Source of the DNA: a virus
Reading direction: 5' to 3' (one strand)
Virus record (IMG/VR): IMGVR_UViG_3300020122_000503
Location: 1-64,000 of that record
Length of the DNA stretch: 64,000 nt
Below, one piece after another: positions 9,673 through 18,592 of the stretch (positions within the stretch are counted from its first letter, which is position 1; every line of letters begins with the position of its first letter). The notes below the pieces were generated by a model. It was not told where the DNA came from. It worked only from the letters and a program-made list of their open reading frames with translations, and did not search any database. Position numbers and translations under genes: made by a program.

Positions 9673-10076
9673 AATTTGAACCAAGGAACAACCAGCTCAT
9701 TGGCCGCATGACCATCCGAAGGTCGGAATCGAAGATCATCGTCTCCGATCCGACGAAGGTCACGAAGTACCTACTCGTAGATGCGGTCGGTCCGGGCGCA
9801 GCCGCGGCGGGCATCAAGGTCGGCGATTACGTGGTCGTGACATCGATCAGGCACATCGTGCAAGATGCCGGCAGAGTTTTTATTCCGTTCTCCGAAGAGA
9901 AAGACGTCGCGCTCTTTGCAACAGACATCGGTCCCAACGAGCTCTTGATGCAGACGCTCAGCGGCAAAGAGTTCGTCGCGTTCGATTCGCCAGAAGCGGC
10001 GCCTTCGTTCGGGGCGTCGTCTGTCGAGCACAAATCGAACGGCGAGCAGCAACACCCAACGGAAGCACAAGCCTGA
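9669..10076 (+). CDS. GroES/Cpn10-like co-chaperonin
   Basis: MKFEPRNNQLI...SKIIV...VDAVGPG...IKVGDYVV matches the Cpn10 layout. Confidence 0.6.
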   Translation: MKFEPRNNQLIGRMTIRRSESKIIVSDPTKVTKYLLVDAVGPGAAAAGIKVGDYVVVTSIRHIVQDAGRVFIPFSEEKDVALFATDIGPNELLMQTLSGKEFVAFDSPEAAPSFGASSVEHKSNGEQQHPTEAQA

Positions 10077-10723
10077 TGCTTCGCTCTCGTCCGAATCCAA
10101 TGATCAGAACCGCTGCTCGCTCGCCGTGTGAGTGCCGAGAGCGACCGGTCGCACCGGCCGCTCGGGCACGCCGGAATCCGTTCCTGCGAACACCGGTGCG
10201 TGTCGCGGCGCGTCGGTCAGCGCCACGCGAGGTCGAGCTCGACAACGGATCAGGCACGACGTGTCGTCCGTTTCTCAGAGTGGAGAAGGATGCCGAAGCT
10301 TTCGCGGCGTGCAACGCGCTAGCCGACGAAATCGGGCCGCTCAACGATCCGAAAAAGGTCGCCGAATTTCTCTTCGAATATCTCGGGGGCACGAACGAGG
10401 AAGTCTTCGGGGTTCTGACCGTCGACATCCACGGTCGCTTGAAGGGATACACTGAAACTGGTCGGGGCGAGGCGTCGAGTGTGATGGCGCCGGTGATCCC
10501 GACACTGAGAGCCGCACTGATGAGCGGAGGCGGAGGCGGGATCCTCTGGCACGTGCATCCTTCTGGAGTTGAAGCCGAGCCGAGCAAAGCCGACAAAGAC
10601 ACGACGAAGGCGTTCAACAAAGCATTCGAGGCGATCGGGATGCCGCTTATCGACCACGTGATCGTGGCAGGAAGTATCGAAAGCCCGAGTTATTATTCGT
10701 TCAAAGAGGACGGTCTGTTGTGA
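10076..10723 (+). CDS. JAB/MPN (RadC-like) metalloenzyme with basic N-terminal extension
   Basis: EEVFGVL, WHVHPSG...PSKAD (HxH-x7-S-x2-D-like), LIDHVIV. Confidence 0.8.
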   Translation: MLRSRPNPMIRTAARSPCECRERPVAPAARARRNPFLRTPVRVAARRSAPREVELDNGSGTTCRPFLRVEKDAEAFAACNALADEIGPLNDPKKVAEFLFEYLGGTNEEVFGVLTVDIHGRLKGYTETGRGEASSVMAPVIPTLRAALMSGGGGGILWHVHPSGVEAEPSKADKDTTKAFNKAFEAIGMPLIDHVIVAGSIESPSYYSFKEDGLL

Positions 10724-11406
10724 AACTGGAACTAGTATGCGTTCGTTGCGGAGATCATTTCTTTCGTGAAAAATCGAAAGAAAATTTTCGTATCAAACGT
10801 GGATGCTCCGGACCGTACTGTTCTACTTCTTGTGCCGCGCGATTGGATGATCCGCGTGCGCATAAAGAGCCCGATCCGGTACCTGGCGCACGATGGTTAC
10901 GTTTAACGTTCGGGAAATTCGCTCTGGTAGACGAAGATCTCTTTGCCGAATTGAATCGGCGGCAGTGGTATTGGATGAAAGGCGGGGGCACGAGCGTCGG
11001 TCACGCGGGTAGCGATAACGGCAGGTCATTCGTGTTGCTGCACCGTGTAATACTTGGTGTAAGTGCACGAGTATTCGTCGACCATCGGAACAACAACGGA
11101 CTCGACTGTAGACGAGAAAACCTTCGTGCGGCCAGCAGGCAAGGAAATGGTGCGAACCGAGGTAAGTTCGTTGGCCGTAAAGGTCGAACGTTCACGTCAC
11201 GATATAAAGGCGTTATCGATCGATCTCGCCATCTCTCTTCAAGTGCAGATCCGTGGCTCGCTCGCATCCGAGTCGACGGTCGACTTATTCATCTTGGAAG
11301 ATACGCCACCGAACACGAAGCCGCGCTCGCTTACGATCGTGCGGCGCTTCAACATTTCGGCGAGTTCGCTCGTCTCAACTTTTCAGCGCAGGACGGTGCT
11401 CTTTGA
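10720..11406 (+). CDS. HNH-AP2 homing endonuclease with N-terminal Zn finger
   Basis: CVRC/YCSTSC, LHRVI, VDHRNNNGLDCRRENLR, SRYKGV, HLGRY..E.EAALAYDRAA. Confidence 0.85.
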   Translation: MKLELVCVRCGDHFFREKSKENFRIKRGCSGPYCSTSCAARLDDPRAHKEPDPVPGARWLRLTFGKFALVDEDLFAELNRRQWYWMKGGGTSVGHAGSDNGRSFVLLHRVILGVSARVFVDHRNNNGLDCRRENLRAASRQGNGANRGKFVGRKGRTFTSRYKGVIDRSRHLSSSADPWLARIRVDGRLIHLGRYATEHEAALAYDRAALQHFGEFARLNFSAQDGAL

Positions 11407-11807
11407 CCACATCCGATCAACTTCCCCAATTGAGCTACCCGAGGATCATGCTCCTCGCCACCGACAGCATCAGCGGGGACAAAGCGATCAACTGGGAAGT
11501 CGGTAAGCCCCATCCATTCGTCTCGACGATGAAGGTCATCGCGATGTACGTGAACGGCGCTCTAGTCGAGATCTACTCGGTATCTATGGAAAGCCGAGAA
11601 GGCATGCGCGATCTCGTACCACTCCACCGCACGCGCATCATCCGTGAGGCGATGCCGATCGAAATCTGGGCGGAAGAACTCGCGGCCGCGGAAGCGGGCC
11701 CGGATGATGATCCGCCCGATCCAGATGATGACGAGCCCGACGACGAACCGGAACCTGGAACAGCCGAAACAGTCCCGCCGCCCGTCAACGGCCAATCGTC
11801 TCCGTGA
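11403..11807 (+). CDS. hypothetical protein with acidic tail
   Basis: TTG start in a TTGA overlap, in frame with ORF 11253..11807. Confidence 0.55.
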   Translation: MTTSDQLPQLSYPRIMLLATDSISGDKAINWEVGKPHPFVSTMKVIAMYVNGALVEIYSVSMESREGMRDLVPLHRTRIIREAMPIEIWAEELAAAEAGPDDDPPDPDDDEPDDEPEPGTAETVPPPVNGQSSP

Positions 11808-13444
11808 AAACTTCGTCGAGGGAGATCCGAGAACGAATGACAACGAAGCGACGCGCTCCGAGCGAGCAAGATCCAAGCACGCCAATGCTCCAAGACGACG
11901 CTGACATTTTGGAAGAGGCGGAAGCGGAGCGAGACGAGAATGGAAACCTCGTCGTCTCCGAGGAAACGATCCGGGAGCTAGGCGCAGTCGACACCGAGAG
12001 CGTGCGTGAAAATCGCAGGCTCAAAGCCATGGTGAACAAGAAGAGTTCCAACGCAAAGAACGTCACGATCAACACCGGCGACGTGCTTACGACCTACGAC
12101 GTGATCTTGGGGTCTTGGCCGGCGAACACGATCGACATCCATATGAAGCGGACGACGGGCTCTCCGTTTCAAGAGGTGATCACCAGTCGTCCTCGAAACG
12201 GAACCGAACTCCTCGCGGCGCTAAAAGCGATGCACGGGCAGTACGAGGAAGCTCAGTACTTCATTCAGTTCAAAGACAACAGCACCCAGCAGTTTCGAGG
12301 CAGCGGGAAAATCACGATACGAGATAGTAGGCCGCCGCAACAGCAAGTTCCTTACGGGTATCCGCCGCCGAACGGCGCGGTGCCTCCTCAGTACTATCCG
12401 CCGCAGTACGCGCCGCCTCCTCAACCTCCACCGCAACCGACGAACGGGCACGCCCAGTCCCCGCAACCGCCGCCACAAGTCTTCGTGCAGCCGTCACCGG
12501 GGCTCGACATGGCGGCGATGTTCGAGAACTTCAAACAGATGTTCGACATGTTTCAGAACGTGCAACAGCGCTTCGCGCCTCCACCGCCACCGCCACCGCA
12601 AACCGTTGCACCACAGTATCCGCAGCCGCAACTGATGATGCCGCCGCCTCCGTCACCGACAGCGAGCCCCGCTGAGCAGATGGCGTGGATGCGAGAGATA
12701 TTTCAGATGTTCCAAAAGATGCAGTCGACGGTAATGGGGCAACAAACACCCGCGCCAGCGCCGCAGCCTCAACCGCAGCAGCCTCAGATGTCGGCCCCGA
12801 TGGGCCCCGCCGCGCCACCACCACGTGGCTACCAGTGGGTGTGGCGCCCCGATTTCGGCGCGCACGTGCTCATGCCCGAAGCAAGCATCGCACCTCCCTC
12901 GGGTCCAATGTACCGACGATTTCCGCAAGGTGAAGGCGGCGAGCGGCCCTTGTACGCGCAACCCCCAACTCAGCCGCAGCGTCAGCAATCGCCCGCCGAC
13001 CAGGTTCGCGACGCGCTAGGCGTCGTGCGCCAGACGATGCACGCCGTTCGAGAGATGGGCTCCGTGCTCGGGCAGCAAGAGCCTGCCGAAGCACCGATAC
13101 CGATCGAACAAGACGACGACAGCCCGGTCAGAATCGTCGAGGGCAGCGGCAGCGGCAAGCTTGTCTACGACAACAAGGACGGATCGCTTCGTCCTTGGGA
13201 CAGCATCCTCGCCAACTTGCCTAGCATGATGAAGTGGGCCGGCGAACAACGTGAGGCGATTCAAAAAGGCGCCGAAGAGCGACAGCGACGGGAGCAACGA
13301 CGCTCGCAGGAGTACGTCGCGATACCGGTCGAAGAGCAGCGGCTCCCGCCGCCACCCGCCGACGTGCCGCCGCCGATCGAATCCGAAGAGCCTACGGAAG
13401 AAAGTCCGTGGGGCGCGCCGACGACTCCAGGAAACGGAAACTGA
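11804..13444 (+). CDS. Pro/Gln-rich hypothetical protein
   Basis: 546 aa; low-complexity PQ tracts with amphipathic MFEN/MFQK helices. Confidence 0.7.
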   Translation: MKTSSREIRERMTTKRRAPSEQDPSTPMLQDDADILEEAEAERDENGNLVVSEETIRELGAVDTESVRENRRLKAMVNKKSSNAKNVTINTGDVLTTYDVILGSWPANTIDIHMKRTTGSPFQEVITSRPRNGTELLAALKAMHGQYEEAQYFIQFKDNSTQQFRGSGKITIRDSRPPQQQVPYGYPPPNGAVPPQYYPPQYAPPPQPPPQPTNGHAQSPQPPPQVFVQPSPGLDMAAMFENFKQMFDMFQNVQQRFAPPPPPPPQTVAPQYPQPQLMMPPPPSPTASPAEQMAWMREIFQMFQKMQSTVMGQQTPAPAPQPQPQQPQMSAPMGPAAPPPRGYQWVWRPDFGAHVLMPEASIAPPSGPMYRRFPQGEGGERPLYAQPPTQPQRQQSPADQVRDALGVVRQTMHAVREMGSVLGQQEPAEAPIPIEQDDDSPVRIVEGSGSGKLVYDNKDGSLRPWDSILANLPSMMKWAGEQREAIQKGAEERQRREQRRSQEYVAIPVEEQRLPPPPADVPPPIESEEPTEESPWGAPTTPGNGN

Positions 13445-13447
13445 TCG

Positions 13448-13639
13448 ATGCGTTTTCGCGTCACGATGAGCATCACCGTCGATGCGCGTGACGATCGCGA
13501 AGCCTACGAGTACGCCAAGAAGCTAGCGGGGCTCCTCAAGTCGCCGCTCGTGAAGATGGCGGTCGAGGGCGAAGGGATTCGGCTCTCGAACGGCGACGGG
13601 AAACCTGTCGTGCATCAACCACAGCGAGAGTTCGTCTAA
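13448..13639 (+). CDS. small hypothetical protein
   Basis: 63 aa ORF directly after the previous gene. Confidence 0.55.
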   Translation: MRFRVTMSITVDARDDREAYEYAKKLAGLLKSPLVKMAVEGEGIRLSNGDGKPVVHQPQREFV

Positions 13640-13645
13640 ATCTGC

Positions 13646-13728
13646 GCCAGGGCTCAGAAATGAGCATACACCAGCGGTAACCAATCCGTCTTGAAAGAGG
13701 AGGGAAACCTCCTCCCTGGCTCCTTTTC
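13646..13728 (+). ncRNA. candidate structured RNA or terminator region
   Basis: Closing stem GCCAGG/CCTGGC encloses two GAAA-loop hairpins (GCTCA-GAAA-TGAGC and GAGGAGG-GAAA-CCTCCTC), followed by TCCTTTTC. Confidence 0.35.
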
Positions 13729-13765
13729 TGGACGAGTCCCGGGTGACGCGCGTAGTCTATAGGTC

Positions 13766-14854
13766 GTGCGCCCCTACACCGTGCAAGCCGGCGACAGTCC
13801 CGCAGGCCTCGCCGCAACACATGCCGGCTGTCCGAAGTGCGCACGAGACCTCGTCACTGCGAACCCTCACAAACCCACTGTCGTCTATCCGAACGGGTTC
13901 ATCTCGTTCGCAGAATTTCGTGCCGGCGAGAAAATCAATCTTCCCACGAAATGGTTCGACGGCACCCTCGACACTCGTCCTGCAAAATATTTTGCAGCTT
14001 TGCCTTACGCAGACGGTGTCACGCCCTCGACACTCGGTGACGCCGCTGTCGGCATTCTAGGAGACTTTTCAAATCTAGACGCGGCAACGACCGCTGTCAG
14101 TGTGCTCGACACGCTCGACGATGAGACGTTCACGCATGCCGCCGACAATGCGGCGAACCTCATCGACGGCGCCGTATCTGTAGCCGACGGTGACAGCGCC
14201 GCGGCTTCGTCGAGGTACGCGAGGGACACGCACACCGCTACCGCCGTCGCAAGGCAGCGTCTCGTCGACATGCGTGCCGCGCTCGACGTCGGTGATCAGG
14301 CGGGGGCGAAAGACGCTCGCTACGACGTTCGAAGCGCCCTCGTGAGCGCAGTCGGCAGTGCTCGGCTCTCCTTACAGGCGTTCTACGGCGGCTCGACGAC
14401 ACCTGCGCCCCAGCCACCGTCGTCGAATGTTCTAGTTTCGGCGGCACAAGCTGCCGCCAACGCCATCGGCGCGGACACTAGCTACTGCACGTCGGTCGCG
14501 AGCGCGGGAAGCGCGGTCAATTCAGCCGTTCATGCCTTTAAAACCGCCTGGAACGCTTCCGGACAGTCGCCGCTGCCGATCAACACCGGCAACTATGAGC
14601 AATCAGTCGCTAACGCGATCGCGAGCCTCGTCGGCACTGCTCCACCCGGATGCGGCTCGCGCGCAACACCTTCTCCGCAGCCCCAGCAGCCCACGCCGCA
14701 ACCTGTAAACCCGAATCTCGTCGCTGTCACCGTTCCCACGAAGCAGGGTCTCTCTAGAGGAGAGATTTTCGGGCTGAGCCTCATCGGCGCAACAGCTGCT
14801 GGCGGCGCGATCTACCTCGCAACACGAAAACCGAGAAAGCGACGCCGCGGATGA
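13766..14854 (+). CDS. LysM-like virion membrane protein
   Basis: YTVQAGDSPAGLA...ANPH...GEKINLP; shares a domain with 24183..25622; C-terminal TM plus RKPRKRRRG. Confidence 0.75.
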   Translation: MRPYTVQAGDSPAGLAATHAGCPKCARDLVTANPHKPTVVYPNGFISFAEFRAGEKINLPTKWFDGTLDTRPAKYFAALPYADGVTPSTLGDAAVGILGDFSNLDAATTAVSVLDTLDDETFTHAADNAANLIDGAVSVADGDSAAASSRYARDTHTATAVARQRLVDMRAALDVGDQAGAKDARYDVRSALVSAVGSARLSLQAFYGGSTTPAPQPPSSNVLVSAAQAAANAIGADTSYCTSVASAGSAVNSAVHAFKTAWNASGQSPLPINTGNYEQSVANAIASLVGTAPPGCGSRATPSPQPQQPTPQPVNPNLVAVTVPTKQGLSRGEIFGLSLIGATAAGGAIYLATRKPRKRRRG

Positions 14855-16503
14855 CGATGATCGATAAGCCCATCTCGGGCGTAAAAGTAGACGCGCGTCC
14901 TCATCCGTCCGGCGGCAAAGGTGCGCGTCTCTCCCTCAAGGAAGTAGCCGAGAGGATTTGGAAAGGTCGCATGAGCCCTCGCGTACGCGCGTGGGCGATG
15001 CAGCAACTCGCCGCATGTGGCGTCTCGACCGGCACGCGCCGCGAGAAGGTGCAATGCCTCCTGAACGCCTTCCGAAAGAAAGTGCCGTTCGTTCCCGATC
15101 CGTATCTTGGCGAGTTCATGGCGACGCCGGAGCAAACGCTTTGTCTCGACGAGAACGGGCTCTGCTTCATGGGCGGTGATTGCTTCCCCGAAGGAACCTT
15201 GCTCCTTCGTAACGACTACGAATTCGTACCGATCGAGCAAATCAAGGTAGGGGACAAGATCTGGGGCAAAGACAAGTGGAGCACAGTCACGCAAAAGTGG
15301 GCTAAGGGGCAACTTCCGGTCGATGCAATCGAGATGAGCAACGGCTCCACGATGTACCTGACCGGAGAGCACAGAGTCTACGCGGGCCGTTGCGAGCACG
15401 GAGCTCAATGCGAGCAAGTAGCGTGTAGAGAGGCTTTCAAGAGGACCGCATCTTTTGATCGGGTACTCGTGCGCGACTTGAAAGAAGGAGACACGCTGCT
15501 TCAACCACAGCGCATCGATTTTGGATCGAACCGTGTGGATCCTGATCGAATGTACGTGGAGGCGCTTGCGCTCGCAGACGGTTGGACGAAGGCCAGCAAG
15601 AACCCAAACTTCCCGCACATTTGTTTCTACGTCGCGGGACGTGACGGAAAACGCAAGGAAGAGCAGAAACACGAAGTCAAAGCGATCTGCGAACGCCTTG
15701 GGATCGAAACCACCTGGCACGCTCGATACATCGCGATCAAAGACCGTGAATGGGCGTCGCGTATCGCGGCTCTAGGTTCCAGAGCGCGATTCAAACGTCT
15801 GGAAACGATCAATCTCGACGAAGTCGGAGCAGTTGCCGCGCTACGTGGTTTGATGGCCGACAGCACACAAAACACGAAAGGAAGCGCGAGAACCTACTCG
15901 ACCACGAGCAGGCAGCTCATGCTTCAGGTACGTGTTCTTCACCGCATGTTCGGCAAGATGACGAGCGTGCGCATGCTCACTCCGGAACAGCACGGGGGAG
16001 CCGGCAAGCATCCACTCTGGCGTGTCGGACAACGCGAAAAAAGAGGACTCAACCTGAGCGTTCAATCGATCGAGCGCGCCGTGCGCAAGGTTTCGTGTTG
16101 GGACATTTCTACCGATGATCACTACGTGTACTTGCCCGAGCACGACGTGACGGTATCGAATTGCGACGACCAGGCGATCGGAATGGGCTCGCTGCTCATG
16201 TCGATCGGCATCCCCGTGAAAGTGGTTGGCTCGAGTCACTCACAACCACTCGACGTGCCGACTCACGTGTTCATCGCATTCGAAGATGACGAGCCCGATG
16301 AATGGGTAAAGGTCGACGCGACGACGCAGCATCCTGTCGGTCAAGTCGCGCCGCACCTTCGTGAGTTCTGGGTTGACCCCGGAGCGAAAGCGAAAGAAGT
16401 GGACGCAGGTGACTTCTTCGGCATGAGCGGACACAGCCCGGGGCTAGGATCGCTCGGCGCGCCGCCGGATGCGTTCAATTTTCGCTATCCCGGGATCCGA
16501 TAG
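14851..16503 (+). CDS. transglutaminase-fold cysteine protease containing an intein
   Basis: Exteins join as GGD-CDD...THVF...WVKVDAT (Cys-His-Asp triad); spliced product is 223 aa. Confidence 0.8.
   Translation: MTMIDKPISGVKVDARPHPSGGKGARLSLKEVAERIWKGRMSPRVRAWAMQQLAACGVSTGTRREKVQCLLNAFRKKVPFVPDPYLGEFMATPEQTLCLDENGLCFMGGDCFPEGTLLLRNDYEFVPIEQIKVGDKIWGKDKWSTVTQKWAKGQLPVDAIEMSNGSTMYLTGEHRVYAGRCEHGAQCEQVACREAFKRTASFDRVLVRDLKEGDTLLQPQRIDFGSNRVDPDRMYVEALALADGWTKASKNPNFPHICFYVAGRDGKRKEEQKHEVKAICERLGIETTWHARYIAIKDREWASRIAALGSRARFKRLETINLDEVGAVAALRGLMADSTQNTKGSARTYSTTSRQLMLQVRVLHRMFGKMTSVRMLTPEQHGGAGKHPLWRVGQREKRGLNLSVQSIERAVRKVSCWDISTDDHYVYLPEHDVTVSNCDDQAIGMGSLLMSIGIPVKVVGSSHSQPLDVPTHVFIAFEDDEPDEWVKVDATTQHPVGQVAPHLREFWVDPGAKAKEVDAGDFFGMSGHSPGLGSLGAPPDAFNFRYPGIR
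15181..16161 (+). mobile_element. intein (327 aa) with LAGLIDADG-like endonuclease remnant
   Basis: Starts CFPEGT, PIEQIKVGDKI, block B LTGEH, LALADG and LRGLMAD, block F WDIST, ends VSN before Cys+1. Confidence 0.9.
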
Positions 16504-16708
16504 TAGGTACGTCGGGGCTCCCGGCGTATGCACGCGCGCTCTGTTTGGTGCTCTAGCGATAGACGCGCTCGAACACTGAAAAGCGTCGACGTTCAATCGA
16601 GCGTAACTAACCGTTCATGTTGCAGTTTCCTGTTGCAACTGCATCAGCGCTAAGAGGCGCCTCGATACGTAACCACTGATCGAGGTCGCGCAACCATTTT
16701 CAGTTTCG

Positions 16709-16737
16709 TTGACACGTCAAATCCGTATTGAAAGCCT
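16709..16737 (+). promoter_or_regulatory. putative sigma70-type promoter of the structural operon
   Basis: TTGACA, 17 nt spacer, AAGCCT (weak -10). Confidence 0.35.
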
Positions 16738-16752
16738 TCCGATTACCCCTTC

Positions 16753-18468
16753 ATGGGTCTTTATGACGATCGGTTGGCAGACCTCAGTGAATCGCGGCGC
16801 AGTCCAAGCGCTCCGCGTCCGATGTTCCGACCGCGTCCGACTCCCGTCGTCACACGCGCTCCGAAGCGCAGAGCGATGCGTCCACAGTCTCTCCTCTTTA
16901 GCCGCAGCGCCGGCTGGACGGAGAACAAAGCCAAGGCGTGGGCGAAATCTCACGGCTTCAAGTCTGGGAAGGTGGACGTCACCGCCCAGAACATCCGAAT
17001 TCGGCAATTCGATCCGAAGGGATCAAAAACGTTTCGAACGGTTCCGTTCGGACAGGGCATTCGAGCCGTCGTGGCTCGAGAAGGATCGAAAACAATGACT
17101 CGAGTCTCAGCAAAACGCAGGCGCCGATCGAAGAAGTCCGCTCCCGCACCCAAGCGTCGTCATCGCAGGCGAGCGCGCAAGGTTCGCGCCGTTCAGACGC
17201 GGCGTCGTCGGCGCCGAGTGCGCGTCGAGGCGAAGGTAGCGACTCGTCGTCGGCGTCGCCGAGTGGCCGCGGCCCCGGTCGTGGCCGTCAGGCGCAGGCG
17301 TCGGCGCAAGGTGAGCGCGTGGCGCGGCGCTTCGAAGAGGCACGGACAAGCCGCTCGCAAGGGTTGGGCTCGCCGGAAGAAGCGTGGCACCGCCACTCGC
17401 AGGCGTCGGCGTCGGCATGTCGGCGCGGTAGCGGAAGCTCCGCGTAGGCGACGTCGCCGCAAGGTCGCGGCCCCTGTCGTGGCAACTCGCCGTCGCAGGC
17501 GCAGGCACAGCCGTCGCCGGACGCACGAAGCTCCGGGCTACGTCATGGAAGCCCGTAGGCATCACCGCCGACGTCGGCACCACATGCGCGCCTCGCGCGG
17601 TGGCGGCATGGGCCCGGCGGAGATGGCGCTCGCGACACTCTTCGGCAGCCTCGGATTCCTCGCTGCCGACGGGCTCGATCGCTTCCTCGCCACTTACGAT
17701 CCGAGCGCCGCCGACAAGCCGAAGGACAAGTTCGTGTCCGACGGTGCCGGTACGCTCGCGAACGTGCTCAACATCGGATCGCGTCCGGGCCTCGTTCGGC
17801 TCGGCGCGGGTGTCGGCGCAGTGGCGGCTCCTGCCATCGGTGCGTCGTTCATCAAGAACCCGATGGCGCGTGCGGCGCTCGAGGGCATGGCGCTCGGCGC
17901 GGGCATCTCGCTCGTCAATACGCTGTGGAGCTCCTTCGTGATGCCGATGATCGTCGGAACGAAGCCCGAGAACACGACGCCGGACAAGTTGCAGAAGAGC
18001 CCCATCGCTCGGATGTATCCGGCAGAAGTCTCGGCTGCGATCAACATGGCGGCGCACAAGGACGCAAGCGGAGCGACGACACCGGGCCCGTACACGGCCG
18101 CGGGCGTGCTCTCGGGACCGGACGTGGGTCCATTCGCGCTCTCGGGCGACAGTCCGTACCCAGACGCGAACGCAGCGCTCAGGCACGCAGCGGGAGTGAG
18201 CGGCGACAGCCCTTATCCCGACGCGAGCCAAGCGATTCGTCACGCGGCAGGTGTTTCGGGCGATAGCCCGTACCCCGACGCGCACTCTGCGCTTCGTAGA
18301 CAAGCCGGCGTGAGCTGGCAGCCGGGTGACGCGAGCGACGTCGGCCCGGGACCGCAAACGGGCGACTCGTGTGGATGCGTCGGCGACGACGGCGCCAAGT
18401 ACGCGGCGTTCCTTGGTGACGGACCGTCACCATCGGACCCGTTCGTCATCCTCCCTGGCGGTGGATGA
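16753..18468 (+). CDS. multi-domain Arg-rich core/DNA-condensing protein with membrane segments
   Basis: Protamine-like poly-Arg blocks over about 17095-17600, hydrophobic helices, and 3x19 aa repeats; possible second start at 17095. Confidence 0.75.
   Translation: MGLYDDRLADLSESRRSPSAPRPMFRPRPTPVVTRAPKRRAMRPQSLLFSRSAGWTENKAKAWAKSHGFKSGKVDVTAQNIRIRQFDPKGSKTFRTVPFGQGIRAVVAREGSKTMTRVSAKRRRRSKKSAPAPKRRHRRRARKVRAVQTRRRRRRVRVEAKVATRRRRRRVAAAPVVAVRRRRRRKVSAWRGASKRHGQAARKGWARRKKRGTATRRRRRRHVGAVAEAPRRRRRRKVAAPVVATRRRRRRHSRRRTHEAPGYVMEARRHHRRRRHHMRASRGGGMGPAEMALATLFGSLGFLAADGLDRFLATYDPSAADKPKDKFVSDGAGTLANVLNIGSRPGLVRLGAGVGAVAAPAIGASFIKNPMARAALEGMALGAGISLVNTLWSSFVMPMIVGTKPENTTPDKLQKSPIARMYPAEVSAAINMAAHKDASGATTPGPYTAAGVLSGPDVGPFALSGDSPYPDANAALRHAAGVSGDSPYPDASQAIRHAAGVSGDSPYPDAHSALRRQAGVSWQPGDASDVGPGPQTGDSCGCVGDDGAKYAAFLGDGPSPSDPFVILPGGG
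18142..18312 (+). repeat. three tandem 57-bp coding repeats (SGDSPYPDAxxALRHAAGV)
   Basis: Units start at 18142, 18199 and 18256. Confidence 0.85.
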
Positions 18469-18592
18469 GAGAAGAGCGCCCGAGCGCGCTCAAAACCTCA
18501 GCCCCGGTAGGCCTCGAGCCCCGGGATTGAGGTGTCAGAAGGATCAGAACCCGCGTCGGGCGTAGGCAACGGCGGGTAGGAGAAGTAACGAA

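Noticed and set aside
13646-13723. Functional tRNA gene
   Set aside because: No TTCRA T-loop or canonical anticodon arm; kept only as a structured RNA candidate.
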